Source: Clostridiales bacterium (GTDB taxonomy: Bacteria; Bacillota; Clostridia; Christensenellales; JAISNN01). Taken from it: a stretch of DNA of 64,000 nt. A model generated the notes under the pieces. It did no database searches. It worked only from the letters and a program-made list of their open reading frames with translations, and had not been told where the DNA came from. A program made the translations under genes and the position numbers. The stretch lies in the NCBI GenBank assembly GCA_031276195.1, contig JAISNN010000053.1:38896-102895 (forward strand). The letters are read 5' to 3'. The stretch's first letter is position 1, and each line of letters begins with the position of its first letter. Shown piece after piece: positions 10,194 to 19,750 of this stretch.

Positions 10194-10573
10194 ACGGTAT
10201 CTTTCCCCTTTTTTAAAAACGCCGTCCGTTTTTTCGCCTTAGAATTTACGGTTATAAAGTATTTTTTGAGTTTGTGTTTATATACGTTGACATTTAAGAC
10301 GCGCCGCGCTTTCTCCGCAGAATTTTTTCGCCTTAAAATTTCATTCCGCATTTATAAATTGCCTTTCATATTTAACTATGCGTTATTTTTTTCTTTCGCG
10401 TAACGGCATAAAATAATTCTTAACGCCGTTTTCTTACGGCATTCAAAAATATTCCAAGAAAAATTGCCGCGCGTTTTCTCCGCATTCAAAAGCGTTCAAA
10501 AAACGTTTTCTCTTTCGGCATACGTTCGTCATACAAAAACATTTCAAACGTTATTCAATTGGACCCGTTTTCA

Positions 10574-12220
10574 CTATTCCGCCGATATAAAATAATAATA
10601 GTGGGGCTGTCCGCCGTTCGCCGCCGCGATTTCGAGATTCGGAAAAGCCTCTCTCAATTTTTCCGTATCCGCCGCCGCCTCCTCGTCCGTTACGCCGTTT
10701 CCGTAAAAAAGCGTCAGCACCTCGGAGGATTCGTCTATCATCTTTTCCACCGTCTTTTTCAAAACGGGAAAAACGTTTTTGTCCTTCGCGACGATCCCCT
10801 TTCCCGTCATACCGATCACGTCGCCGATTTTGAGTTTAAATCCGTCGACGGAGGTGTTCCTGACCGCGTAAGTAACCTGCCCGTCCTTGACCCTTTTCAT
10901 CGCGCGCGTCATAGCCTCCGCGTTTTCGTCTATCGGCATATCGGGCGAAAAGACGACCAGCGCGGCAAGCCCCTCCGAAATATTCGTGCTGGGAACGACG
11001 ACGACCTTTTTTTCGGCGAGTTCCTTTGAACCCTCCGCCGCCATAATGATATTCTTGTTGTTCGGCAATATTATAACGCTGTCCGCGTTGACCGCGTTTA
11101 TCGCGCTCGTAAAATCCGTAACGCTGGGGTTCATCGTCTGCCCCCCCTCGATGATTCTGTCCGCGCCGTAGTCCTTAAAGACCGATTCCAGCCCCGCGCC
11201 GCTCAAAACCGATATGATTCCGATCGGTTTTCTGTCCGCTTTGAGCCTTTCTTTCAGCGCGCGGTTTTGTTCCAGCATATTTTCGATCTTGATTTTGTCG
11301 ATTTCGCCCAGCCTAAGCGCGTGTCCGAGGGCGATATCGGGGTTGTTCGTATGGACGTGAACCTTGACGAGATAGAGATCGCCTATGACGATCACGCTGT
11401 CGCCGATCCCGCAGAGCGCGTCGCGGAATTTATCGATATCCGATTCGGTGGTTTTCGGGAATATATTCGTGACAAAAAACTCCGTGCAGTAGCCGAAAGT
11501 GATTTCGTCCAAGTCGTGAATGTCGGCGTAAGGCGCGTCCTCTTCGTTTTCGCCTTTTTGCGTTTCGTCGGGTTCGGCGGGGATTTCGATTCCCGCCATA
11601 ACGTTATAAAAGCCGCGGATTACATAGATCAAACCCTTGCCGCCCGAGTCGACTACGCCCGCTTTTTTCAAAACGGGGAGCATTTCGGGAGTTTCTTTCA
11701 AGACCGCTTCGGCTTTTTCGAGAATTCTCTGCATAAAGACGAGAAAATCCGCGTTTTTAGCCGCCGCTTCCGCCGAATATTCGGCGGTCATTCTGACGAC
11801 GGTCAAGATTGTCCCTTCTTTCGGTTTCGTTACCGCGCCGTAGGCGATTTCGGTTCCGCGTTTTAGAGCGGCGGAAAAGACCTTTGTCGTAAATTCTTTC
11901 GAGTTTATGACGACCTCGCAAAAACCCTTCAAAATCTGCGACAAAATAACGCCCGAATTTCCGCGCGCGCCTTTCAGCGAGCCTTTTGAAACGGCTAAGG
12001 CAAGCGCGGCGATATCGCCGCCGGCGGCTTGATCCAATTCTTTGACCGCGGCTTGCATCGTGAGCGACATATTCGTTCCGGTGTCGCCGTCCGGGACGGG
12101 AAAAACGTTTAGGGTATCGACGGCTTCTCTGTGGTTCGCGAGAAGTTGCGCGCCGCCCCGTATCATTTCCCCGAATAATTTAGCGTCTATATTATTCAGC
12201 ATAATTCCAAACAATTCCAA
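10574..12220 (-). CDS. yloV: DAK2-domain fusion protein (YloV family)
   Basis: N-terminal Dak phosphatase-type motif FPVPDGDTGTNM. 548 aa. Conserved position between asp23/yloU and recG. Confidence 0.85.
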   Translation of the reverse strand: MELFGIMLNNIDAKLFGEMIRGGAQLLANHREAVDTLNVFPVPDGDTGTNMSLTMQAAVKELDQAAGGDIAALALAVSKGSLKGARGNSGVILSQILKGFCEVVINSKEFTTKVFSAALKRGTEIAYGAVTKPKEGTILTVVRMTAEYSAEAAAKNADFLVFMQRILEKAEAVLKETPEMLPVLKKAGVVDSGGKGLIYVIRGFYNVMAGIEIPAEPDETQKGENEEDAPYADIHDLDEITFGYCTEFFVTNIFPKTTESDIDKFRDALCGIGDSVIVIGDLYLVKVHVHTNNPDIALGHALRLGEIDKIKIENMLEQNRALKERLKADRKPIGIISVLSGAGLESVFKDYGADRIIEGGQTMNPSVTDFTSAINAVNADSVIILPNNKNIIMAAEGSKELAEKKVVVVPSTNISEGLAALVVFSPDMPIDENAEAMTRAMKRVKDGQVTYAVRNTSVDGFKLKIGDVIGMTGKGIVAKDKNVFPVLKKTVEKMIDESSEVLTLFYGNGVTDEEAAADTEKLREAFPNLEIAAANGGQPHYYYFISAE

Positions 12221-12239
12221 TTTTCGTATTTTTTAAACT

Positions 12240-12500
12240 AATACTATCCTTGATATCCGATAGTTTTTTCGTTCGCGTTTCCGCCTTTTTAATCTCCGGT
12301 TTTTTTTTGTATTTAAAATCTTTTTTTTGCCTTTGTAATATTGCTTTCTTGTCTTTTAAATCTTGATTTTTTTATCTTTTAAATCCCTTTTTTCTGTGTT
12401 TTTTATCTTAATTTTCCGCCTTTTTAATTCTTTTTTCTGTCTTTTTAATCCCTTTTTTCCGCCTTTTTTATCTTAATTTTCTGTCTTTTTTCCTATAATT
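12240..12500. repeat. T-rich degenerate tandem repeat in the asp23-yloV spacer
   Basis: Reiterated TTTTCCGCCTTTTTAATC / TTTTCTGTCTTTTTAATCCC-type units. Confidence 0.7.
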
Positions 12501-12643
12501 TCCCGTTAATATTTCTATATTTTCGACCGTAAAATTCAATTCTTTTACTATGAAATAATTAAACCGCCAACCGCCGATCGCCATTCGATAACCGCCGCCG
12601 CTACCGCCGGCTGCCGCGCTTAGCAATACCGCCTATCACTAAC

Positions 12644-12994
12644 TTATACCTTATACCCGACGATATTCACGTCGACGGACTTAACCCTCATTCCCGTAAA
12701 ACTCTCGACCTGATACGTTACCGCCCGTTTCAAAGATTCTTTCACCGCGTCGGCGTTGATATCCCGGTTTAAAGTTACGTACACGCTCAAAAAAACCCTG
12801 TTGTCCGAAGTCGTAACCCGAACGCCTTTCCCGTATTTGCTCCTGTGAAAAAGATCGGCTATGATGTCGCTGAACCGATTCGAGATAAGCTCCGCCACGC
12901 CGTAGCACTCGGACGCGGCATATGCCGCGACCATAGCGACGGCGTCATCGGATATGGTAATTCTTCCGTAAATATTCGATGTCGCCAGAGCCAT
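12644..12994 (-). CDS. Asp23/Gls24-family alkaline shock protein (YloU-like)
   Basis: 116 aa. GRITISDDAVAMVAAYAASECYGV and C-terminal VDVNIVG resemble the Asp23 family. Synteny with yloV. Confidence 0.8.
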   Translation of the reverse strand: MALATSNIYGRITISDDAVAMVAAYAASECYGVAELISNRFSDIIADLFHRSKYGKGVRVTTSDNRVFLSVYVTLNRDINADAVKESLKRAVTYQVESFTGMRVKSVDVNIVGYKV

Positions 12995-13049
12995 AAAATC
13001 TCCCTTTTTGTTTTTTTAATACCGCGGTATAAAAGCATTACGATATACA

Positions 13050-13300
13050 ACGCCGCAAGTATGTAGTATTACGATATATCTCTTTGCATTTTACAGTATT
13101 ACGATTATAGTATTACGATATATCTCTTTGCAATTTTATAGTATTGCGATTATAGTATTATGACATATTTCTTTGCAAGTTTTATAGTATTACGGTATAT
13201 TGCTTCGCTTTTATAGCGTTACGGTATTATAGTATTACGATATATTTCTTTGCGACTATAACCTTACGGTATAGAATATTGTAATATAAAGTATTACGAT
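13050..13300. repeat. AT-rich tandem repeat (TATTACGATATAT-containing units)
   Basis: AGTATTACGATATATCTCTTTGCA and TATAGTATTACG motifs are reiterated at least 6 times. Confidence 0.75.
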
Positions 13301-13417
13301 ATATAGTATTATTAAATATTTTACATTAAAAACAAAAAAAATTCAACTAAAAATTATTACTAAATTATAAATACTAAAAAAAAGCGGGCGAATTAACCGA
13401 AAAATATCATAAATCAT

Positions 13418-13549
13418 TTGACAAAACCTTAATAATCTTGTATGCCGTGTACGCAAAATAAAATTTGTTTCCGATAGGGAGGAATAATGACCCTTAACCG
13501 TTACGGCATAAGACAGCCTTGCATTATTTAATGCAAGGCTGTTTTTTTC
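13418..13549 (+). other. Stand-alone mini transcription unit: promoter-like TTGACA, strong SD, 14-codon ORF (MTLNRYGIRQPCII), intrinsic terminator
   Basis: TTGACA at 13418, then a 17-nt spacer and a weak -10 TATGCC. AGGGAGG lies 6 nt before ATG 13487. Stop at 13529-13531 sits inside a 14-bp perfect hairpin (13513-13542) followed by T7. Confidence 0.3.
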
Positions 13550-13704
13550 ATTTAATAATTAATCGGCTTTTTCCGGGTATTCGCAATTCTTTAAAACTTT
13601 TCCGCCGTTCGCCTCTTAAACTTCCGGCTTACTCTTTCTCCTCTTTCGCTTCCTCTTTTGCGGTTTTTCAAAAAACTTTTTCCTATCGTTCGCCGCTTAA
13701 AATC

Positions 13705-14685
13705 CTAACTTCCTACCTTTTCCTTTTCCGCTTCCTCTTTTGCTATTTTCAAAAACTTTTCCGTCATCAATCTTTCAAACTTATCCGCTTCCTCCGAAAA
13801 CGGACCGTGCGCGGAATTTTCAAACCAAACCAAGTCCTTATCGGGCGCGTCCACGGCGTTATAAAATTCTTCGATGAGTTCCGAGGGCGTATTCATATCG
13901 TGTCTGCCCTGAAAGATATAGTACGGTACGGAAAATTTATTGCATTGCGAAACAAAATCGTAGTCCGTAACGCTCTCCCACATCGCCGAAAGCACGACCT
14001 TATACCCTTTTAAACTCCCGTATATGTCGCCGTAAGTATATTCGCGCAGATCCAGCCGCGGCAAAACCGCGCTCTTAAAAAAACCGCCGCCCTTTACGGA
14101 ACTTCCCCGATATTTTTGGAGGATTTTCCGTTGCGTCATCAGCCCTTTAAAGCCGCCTTTATACTGTCCTTTCACGGGCGGACCGCATTCTTTCAATTTC
14201 TCGACCGACTTTTCGTCGCCCGCTTTTACGGCTTGTTCCATTGTGAAATTCCAACTCAATTCCTCGTTTTTGACGCCGTTTACGACCTGTCCGAACCCGA
14301 GATAAGCGGCGATTTTTTCGGGATAGCGGTATGCCAAAAAGGTACCCAATTCCGTCCCGAAACTTCCTCCGACGATAAATATTTTCTCTTTTTTCAATTC
14401 CTTGCAAAGATATTCGACCAATTCCTTCGCGTCCTCTACCAGACGGTCGAGAGTGAGCGTCGACACGTCCACACCCTTATACGAGCCGCACGTTCCGCGC
14501 TGATCCCACGCGACGAGAGTAAAATCGCGGCGTAAGCCCGCGTGTTTTTGCATAACGCCCGCCCTGTTGGTGATGCCCGGTCCGCCGTGCAAAAACAGAA
14601 TTACGGGATTTTTTTCATCGTTTCCCTTGATATGAATCTTTTGCGGAAAGCCGCCCAAAGTTACCTTTTTGATTACGTCGATCAT
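13705..14685 (-). CDS. Alpha/beta hydrolase (prolyl aminopeptidase-like)
   Basis: 326 aa. HGGPG oxyanion motif, nucleophile elbow GGSFG, late His in ENSAHGPF. Confidence 0.75.
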   Translation of the reverse strand: MIDVIKKVTLGGFPQKIHIKGNDEKNPVILFLHGGPGITNRAGVMQKHAGLRRDFTLVAWDQRGTCGSYKGVDVSTLTLDRLVEDAKELVEYLCKELKKEKIFIVGGSFGTELGTFLAYRYPEKIAAYLGFGQVVNGVKNEELSWNFTMEQAVKAGDEKSVEKLKECGPPVKGQYKGGFKGLMTQRKILQKYRGSSVKGGGFFKSAVLPRLDLREYTYGDIYGSLKGYKVVLSAMWESVTDYDFVSQCNKFSVPYYIFQGRHDMNTPSELIEEFYNAVDAPDKDLVWFENSAHGPFSEEADKFERLMTEKFLKIAKEEAEKEKVGS

Positions 14686-15083
14686 TTTATTTTCCCCCGT
14701 TTGATTTTATTGATTTTGTTTTTTAGTCGTAAAATTTTATGTTTTTTGTATTTTGTATTTGATTTTCATTTCTTGTTTTTGCTTCCGTTATTTCTTAATA
14801 TCGCGTTTTTTGCTTCTTGTTTTTTGTATTTATTGCTTTTTGTACCGCGTTTTCACTTCCGGATGTTATTATATTTTTACTCCAAAAACGCGGTATAGTA
14901 CCGCCTTTTTTGCAGCGTTTAACACACCCTCCGGCAACCGCATTCACCGACCCTCCAACCACCGATATACAGCCGGCAAATATCTACTAACCGCATTCAC
15001 CGGCCGCTAATCACCTATATACCGCCGGCCGCCGATATGCCGCTAATCACCGACCGTCGACGCGCCAAACCGCTAACCGTTAA

Positions 15084-15770
15084 TTACAAATACACCAGAC
15101 AAAGCGCGAACAACCCCTGCGCGATATAATACGGTATAAAGACGCAATACACGAACCATTTACCCCTAAGCTCTTTGACTCTCTCGCTCCCGAAATTAAA
15201 TATGAAAAGAGCGGTATCGGACAGAACAAAGAGTATCCCCGCAATCAAAGCGAAAATCCCTCCGCCGTTACCGGAAACCGCGAGATTGACGACGGACGTC
15301 GCCATCGCGCCCAAAACCGCGCTGTAAATCATCACGGGAAGGGTGTTTTTTCCGGGGTTTATCAACTTTTTTTTCACTAATACCGCGTATGCCGCCGGCA
15401 GAATCAAAAACACGGGAATAAGATACGGCTTCAACGGCTCCGCCGACAGGAAAACGACGATATACATTATATGCCCGATGAGAAACGCCGCGCCGCCGAC
15501 CGCCGAAAAAAAGGTATTGCTTTTTTCGTCCACAAAGCCCGCCAAGGCCAAAAGAATATCCCCCGCGAACGCCAAAAAAAACGCCGCGAGCATAAGCGCG
15601 GACTGCGGATCTATACCGCGCTCCAAGACGGCGAAAAGCCCCGCTATGCAAAACAAAAACGAAGCCAAAACCTTACACCCGAAACCGATCAATTTTCCGC
15701 TTTTAAAAAACAACTGCCTGACCAAAACCGCCGCGACGCTAAGCGCGCCGCATACTATAACCGGAATCAT
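15084..15770 (-). CDS. YhhN-family (lysoplasmalogenase-like) membrane protein
   Basis: 228 aa with about 7 hydrophobic helices. GDILLA and SDTALF motifs are typical of YhhN. Confidence 0.7.
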   Translation of the reverse strand: MIPVIVCGALSVAAVLVRQLFFKSGKLIGFGCKVLASFLFCIAGLFAVLERGIDPQSALMLAAFFLAFAGDILLALAGFVDEKSNTFFSAVGGAAFLIGHIMYIVVFLSAEPLKPYLIPVFLILPAAYAVLVKKKLINPGKNTLPVMIYSAVLGAMATSVVNLAVSGNGGGIFALIAGILFVLSDTALFIFNFGSERVKELRGKWFVYCVFIPYYIAQGLFALCLVYL

Positions 15771-15794
15771 CTTTCACCCTCCCGTATTTTAATC

Positions 15795-16140
15795 TTTCAA
15801 ATTTCTTATCCGAATCTCCGCAAAACACGCCGTCCGCCCTTCCGTGGTCCCGCATTCTATCCGCTTAAATTCATTATTTAAAACTCTAAAAACGTATTAT
15901 TCGCCCTTCCTGAATTACGTGTTCTATTCGTCTGAATTCTTTACTGAAAACGGCGGTACTATACCGCGTTTTTATTCCTATAAATCCCTTACACGAATCT
16001 CCGCAAAACACGCCGTCTGCCCTTCCGTAGTCCCGCATTCTATCCGCTTAAATTCATTACTTAAAACTCTGAAAACGCATTATTCGCCCTTCCTGAATTC
16101 CGTATCCTAATCTTCCAAATCCCTTATCCAAATCTCCGCC
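15795..16140. repeat. ~180-bp tandem repeat derived from the nadE 3' end (2 intergenic copies plus the coding copy)
   Basis: TTATCCGAATCTCCGCAAAACACGCCGTCCGCCCTTCCGT...CGCCCTTCCTGAATT occurs at 15806 and 15986. The last nadE codons (CTTATCCAAATCTCCGCCGCC) form the start of a third copy. Confidence 0.8.
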
Positions 16141-18452
16141 GCCGCGTCGGACGGCATTCTGAAATCCCCTCGCGGCGACAGCGAAACGCTCCCGATTTTC
16201 ACTCCGTCCGGCACGCAATTCCTTTTAAATTGATTGTTGAAAAATCTTTTTATAAACAATTTCAGCCATTTTTTCACGGTCTTTTCGTCGTATATTCCCT
16301 CGAAAGCCCGAACCGCGATTCTCAAAACTTTCGCCGGCGAAAATCCGAATCTGACGGTATAAAAGAGGAAAAAATCGTGCAGTTCATACGGCCCGACGAT
16401 ATCCTCCGTCCTCTGGACGATCCCGCCGCCGCCCGAAACGGGCAAAAGTTCGGGGCTTATCGGCGTGTCGAGAATCTCATTCAAAACCGCGCCCGCGCGG
16501 CCGCCCAGACGCGCGCCCTCGTATGCCGCGAGATACTTGACAAGTGTTTTCGGCACTGAGGAATTCACGGCGTACATACTCATATGATCGCCGTTATACG
16601 TGCAAAAACCCAAAGCCGCTTCCGAAAGGTCGCCCGTTCCGACGACGATCCCGCCCGCGGCGTTCGCGATATCCATAAGAACCTGCGTTCTCTCCCGCGC
16701 CTGCGCGTTTTCGTAGGACGCGTCGAAAAGTTCTTTTTTTCGGTACTTCCCGATGTCGGCGAGGTGGAGTTTTACGCTCTCTTTTATGTCTATCGTATCG
16801 AACGTTACGCCGAGCGCTTTCATCAGTTCGAGAGAATTTTTGTATGTCCGCTCCGACGTCCCGAAACAGGGCATCGTGATCCCGATTATGTCCTTGCGCG
16901 AACGTCCGAGAAAGTCCATAGCGCGAACCGCGACAAGCAAAGCAAGAGTGGAATCCAGCCCGCCGCTAACGCCGACGACCGCCTTAAAACCGCTCAAAAG
17001 CCGCTTTTTTAAAGCGTGCGACTGCATATCGAGTATCAATTCGGCGCGGCCGTACAACTCCTCTTTTCCTTCGGGAACGAACGGTCTTTTCGGGTATTCT
17101 CTGGTCAGCGAAACGGGCGTGTTTTTTAAGGCAAAATTGACGGTTCTATACCGCGTTTTTCCGTCCGTTTCGAGGGCGTAATTCGCAAGTTTCGAGCGTT
17201 CAAAATTGAGGGCGGAAAGGTCGATTTCCGATATTATCATTCCGCATCCGAACAACCTATTTTCACGCTCCGCGGTCTTGCCGAAAGCATTTTCGCAAGG
17301 CGTACTCTTTTCATTTTCGATAACGGCTTTTTTATTTAAAACCGCTTGCGGCGGTTTATCTAATCCGCATTCGCAAGACGTACTTTTTTCGTTTTTTAAT
17401 TCGTTTGACGGACGCGCGAACGGCTTTCTCTCAGCCAAAATCCTGCCGTTTTCGGCGATTATATTATGCCCTCCGAAGACTAAATCGCTTGTCGATTCTC
17501 CCTCTCCCGCCGACGCGTATATATATGCGGAGATCAGTCTCGCGGACTGTCCCGTAACGAGAGAGCGGCGGTATTCGGCTTTGCCGACCGTTTCGTTGCT
17601 CGCGGAAAGATTGACCAAAACGACCGCGCCGGCCTCCGCATGCGAGGAAGACGGCGGCGACATAACCCAAAGATCTTCGCAAATCTCCGCGGAAACCAAA
17701 AGTCCTCCGACGTTTTCGCATTCGTATATAATCCGATCGGAAAACGGCGTTTCTATACCGCGGTTTTCCGCGCTTTTCCCCGAGATTTTTCCGCTTGAAA
17801 TTCCAAAATCCTCCGATGACTTTCCGCTTCCGTTGCCGCGTTTCAACGCTTCCGCGCAATCGGTTTTTATAATCTCGTCTATATTTTTTCCGCTCGAAAA
17901 CTGTCTTTTGTCATAAAATTCATTATAATTCGGAAGGTACGATTTCGGAGTCAAGCCCAAGATTTTTCCGCCCTTGACCGCCGCCGCGACGTTATAAATT
18001 TTCGATTTAAACATAAACGGCAGTCCGACGAAAACCAATATATCATCGCGTCCGCCGTTCTTTCCTTCCGCCGAATCATCCGAAAGCGCGGAATTGCCCG
18101 AGGCGGTCAAACCGCCGTCTTTTTTCGCCGAACCGTCATAACGCGCGGAATTGCCCGAGCCGTTCTTTCCTTCCGCCGAACCGTCCGAAACGTAAGAATG
18201 ATCATCCGAACCAACCGCCGTAAAATCTCTGATTTCTAAAAGAGCGTCCCAAGCCGCTTTCAAAAGCGTTCCTTGATAAAATAGGTCGCCGCAAGTATAG
18301 CCCGTAATGCAAAGTTCGGGCAGAACGAGTATTTTGACTCCCTCCGCCGCCGCGAGGGAAACGCACTCCTTTATTTTCTTTGCGTTGTGCCGCGTATCGG
18401 CGACGACGATATGCGGCGTCGCCGCGGCAACCTTGATAAAGCCGTCTTTCAT
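16107..18452 (-). CDS. nadE: Glutamine-dependent NAD+ synthetase (CN-hydrolase domain plus NAD synthetase domain) with in-frame insertions
   Basis: VLPELCITGY (nitrilase-type domain), SGGLDS PP-loop, C-terminal NAD synthase region. 781 aa, longer than I recall for this family. Confidence 0.9.
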   Translation of the reverse strand: MKDGFIKVAAATPHIVVADTRHNAKKIKECVSLAAAEGVKILVLPELCITGYTCGDLFYQGTLLKAAWDALLEIRDFTAVGSDDHSYVSDGSAEGKNGSGNSARYDGSAKKDGGLTASGNSALSDDSAEGKNGGRDDILVFVGLPFMFKSKIYNVAAAVKGGKILGLTPKSYLPNYNEFYDKRQFSSGKNIDEIIKTDCAEALKRGNGSGKSSEDFGISSGKISGKSAENRGIETPFSDRIIYECENVGGLLVSAEICEDLWVMSPPSSSHAEAGAVVLVNLSASNETVGKAEYRRSLVTGQSARLISAYIYASAGEGESTSDLVFGGHNIIAENGRILAERKPFARPSNELKNEKSTSCECGLDKPPQAVLNKKAVIENEKSTPCENAFGKTAERENRLFGCGMIISEIDLSALNFERSKLANYALETDGKTRYRTVNFALKNTPVSLTREYPKRPFVPEGKEELYGRAELILDMQSHALKKRLLSGFKAVVGVSGGLDSTLALLVAVRAMDFLGRSRKDIIGITMPCFGTSERTYKNSLELMKALGVTFDTIDIKESVKLHLADIGKYRKKELFDASYENAQARERTQVLMDIANAAGGIVVGTGDLSEAALGFCTYNGDHMSMYAVNSSVPKTLVKYLAAYEGARLGGRAGAVLNEILDTPISPELLPVSGGGGIVQRTEDIVGPYELHDFFLFYTVRFGFSPAKVLRIAVRAFEGIYDEKTVKKWLKLFIKRFFNNQFKRNCVPDGVKIGSVSLSPRGDFRMPSDAAAEIWIRDLED

Positions 18453-18519
18453 TAGCGGTCATTTCCTCCGGCAAGTATTTTTAAAGAAAATTTCGATCGG
18501 ATATATCCGTCCGTTTTAT

Positions 18520-18770
18520 ATAGCGTATATTATATAATTCAACGCCTTACGCAAGACATATTTCTATAATATATATTATATAATTCAGCGGTTTGCGCCC
18601 GTCTGTTTTTATAACGTATATCATATAATTCAACACCCCGTACGGGCTTATTTTTGTGATATATGCTATATAATTCAACGGTTTTATATATGGTATTTAT
18701 ATGATATATATCATATAATCCGACCTTGAAATGCGTACGATTTACATAATATACTTTATATAATTTCCCG
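18520..18770. repeat. AT-rich tandem repeat (unit ~60 bp; TATATCATATAATTCAAC core)
   Basis: ATATATTATATAATTCA(A/G)CG-type cores recur about 5 times. Confidence 0.75.
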
Positions 18771-18842
18771 TATGTTTCTTATGCAAAAAAACTCTTTTTT
18801 TATCATTTTCATATATTTTTTATGCAAAAAAAGCCCCTTTTT

Positions 18843-19498
18843 CAAAAAAAGTCCCGGGGCGGTCTTTCGGATAAACCTTGCGCCTTAGGTCCGGTTGGAT
18901 TTCCCATTCATACCGCGCGCCCGCCGTCGCCGAAACGAGCCGTTTCCGATTAGCGCGGCGTCCGGGGGCGAAGCCCCGAATACCGGATTACCACTTAGTA
19001 CACACTATAATCCCCGAAAGACCAAAATAAATTTCAGCCTAGAAGTTTTCCTTATTACGGCGCACGGATACATTTAGCTTTATTTTGCAAAGACAGGTTT
19101 CACGGAGCAACCGGCGAATATCCTTTGGCCAAGGATGTCCGCGCGTAATCCCCGATTCTCCCGCATCACTCAAAGCAGGCTACTCTGCACACAGCAAAGT
19201 CTTGCCGCGATGCAGGTTTAATCCTAAGAGGTAGCCTTTATGTGTTATTACGCCACCCCGATAGGTCTCCGCGAAAAATGGGACGGATCCGCCATGCCGT
19301 TGACGGCCGCCCATAATTCTTAACTTCCAGCACAAGCCCCAATTTGGCGATTAAAGCCCGCACAAGAAACTTCATCGATGTGCCCTTTTGCGTTTTGTAA
19401 CGACCCGCTTTTCAATGCAACCCGCGCCGACTAGGATACTGCGCCGCCGGGATAAGGTGCCGCCCGAGGCAAACTTTTTGCGTTAAGCCCCGAACGCC
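18843..19498 (-). ncRNA. Candidate large (~650 nt) structured non-coding RNA, class unassigned
   Basis: GC-rich island between AT-rich repeat spacers with no ORF of 60 aa or more on its strand. A near-consensus promoter lies immediately 5'. It has many local hairpins (e.g. GGGGC-UUCG-CCCC 18964-18977, GAAACG-GCU-CGUUUC 18932-18946, AUCCUU-GGCCA-AAGGAU 19120-19136). A U7 tract sits at the 3' side (18844-18850). Confidence 0.45.
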
Positions 19499-19505
19499 AT
19501 AATAT

Positions 19506-19534
19506 AGTATATCAAAAATAAGCGCAATAATCAA
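19506..19534 (-). promoter_or_regulatory. Sigma-70-type promoter for the candidate ncRNA
   Basis: On the minus strand: TTGATT (19534-19529), a 17-nt spacer, then TGaTATACT (-10 at 19511-19506). The GC-rich segment starts about 7 nt downstream. Confidence 0.55.
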
Positions 19535-19661
19535 TCTTTTTTAGTAACTTTTTATACCGTATCTTTGAATTGCAGATTAAATTGCCGCCGTTTTGCCCGA
19601 AAATGTAATTTAATCAAGAAAAAATTGTAAAAATTTCAATGAAAATACGGCATTTTTCATA

Positions 19662-19698
19662 CAAAAAACGGAAGCCGCAATTTGCCGCTCCCGTTTTT
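19662..19698 (-). terminator. Intrinsic terminator after the 19751..20467 membrane-protein gene
   Basis: Imperfect hairpin ACGGGAGCGGCAAAUUGCGGCUUCCGU followed by U6 on the minus strand. Confidence 0.6.
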
Positions 19699-19750
19699 AG
19701 AACCCGTATTGATGAATAAGAGGTAAACAACTAATCTATATTAATCCTCT

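Noticed and set aside
18895-19077. 60-aa plus-strand ORF inside the GC-rich island
   Set aside because: It has no RBS, an Arg/Pro-rich composition typical of random GC-rich sequence, and runs opposite to the only good promoter.
18843-19498. Assignment of the candidate ncRNA to RNase P, tmRNA, SRP RNA or a group II intron
   Set aside because: Hallmark motifs were not found on either strand: GGAAAGUCC and ACAGAAnCCGGCUUA for RNase P, a tag ORF and tRNA-like 3' end for tmRNA, GGUCCGGAAGGAAGC for SRP, and a 5' GUGYG plus domain V for group II. The length also does not fit RNase P or SRP.
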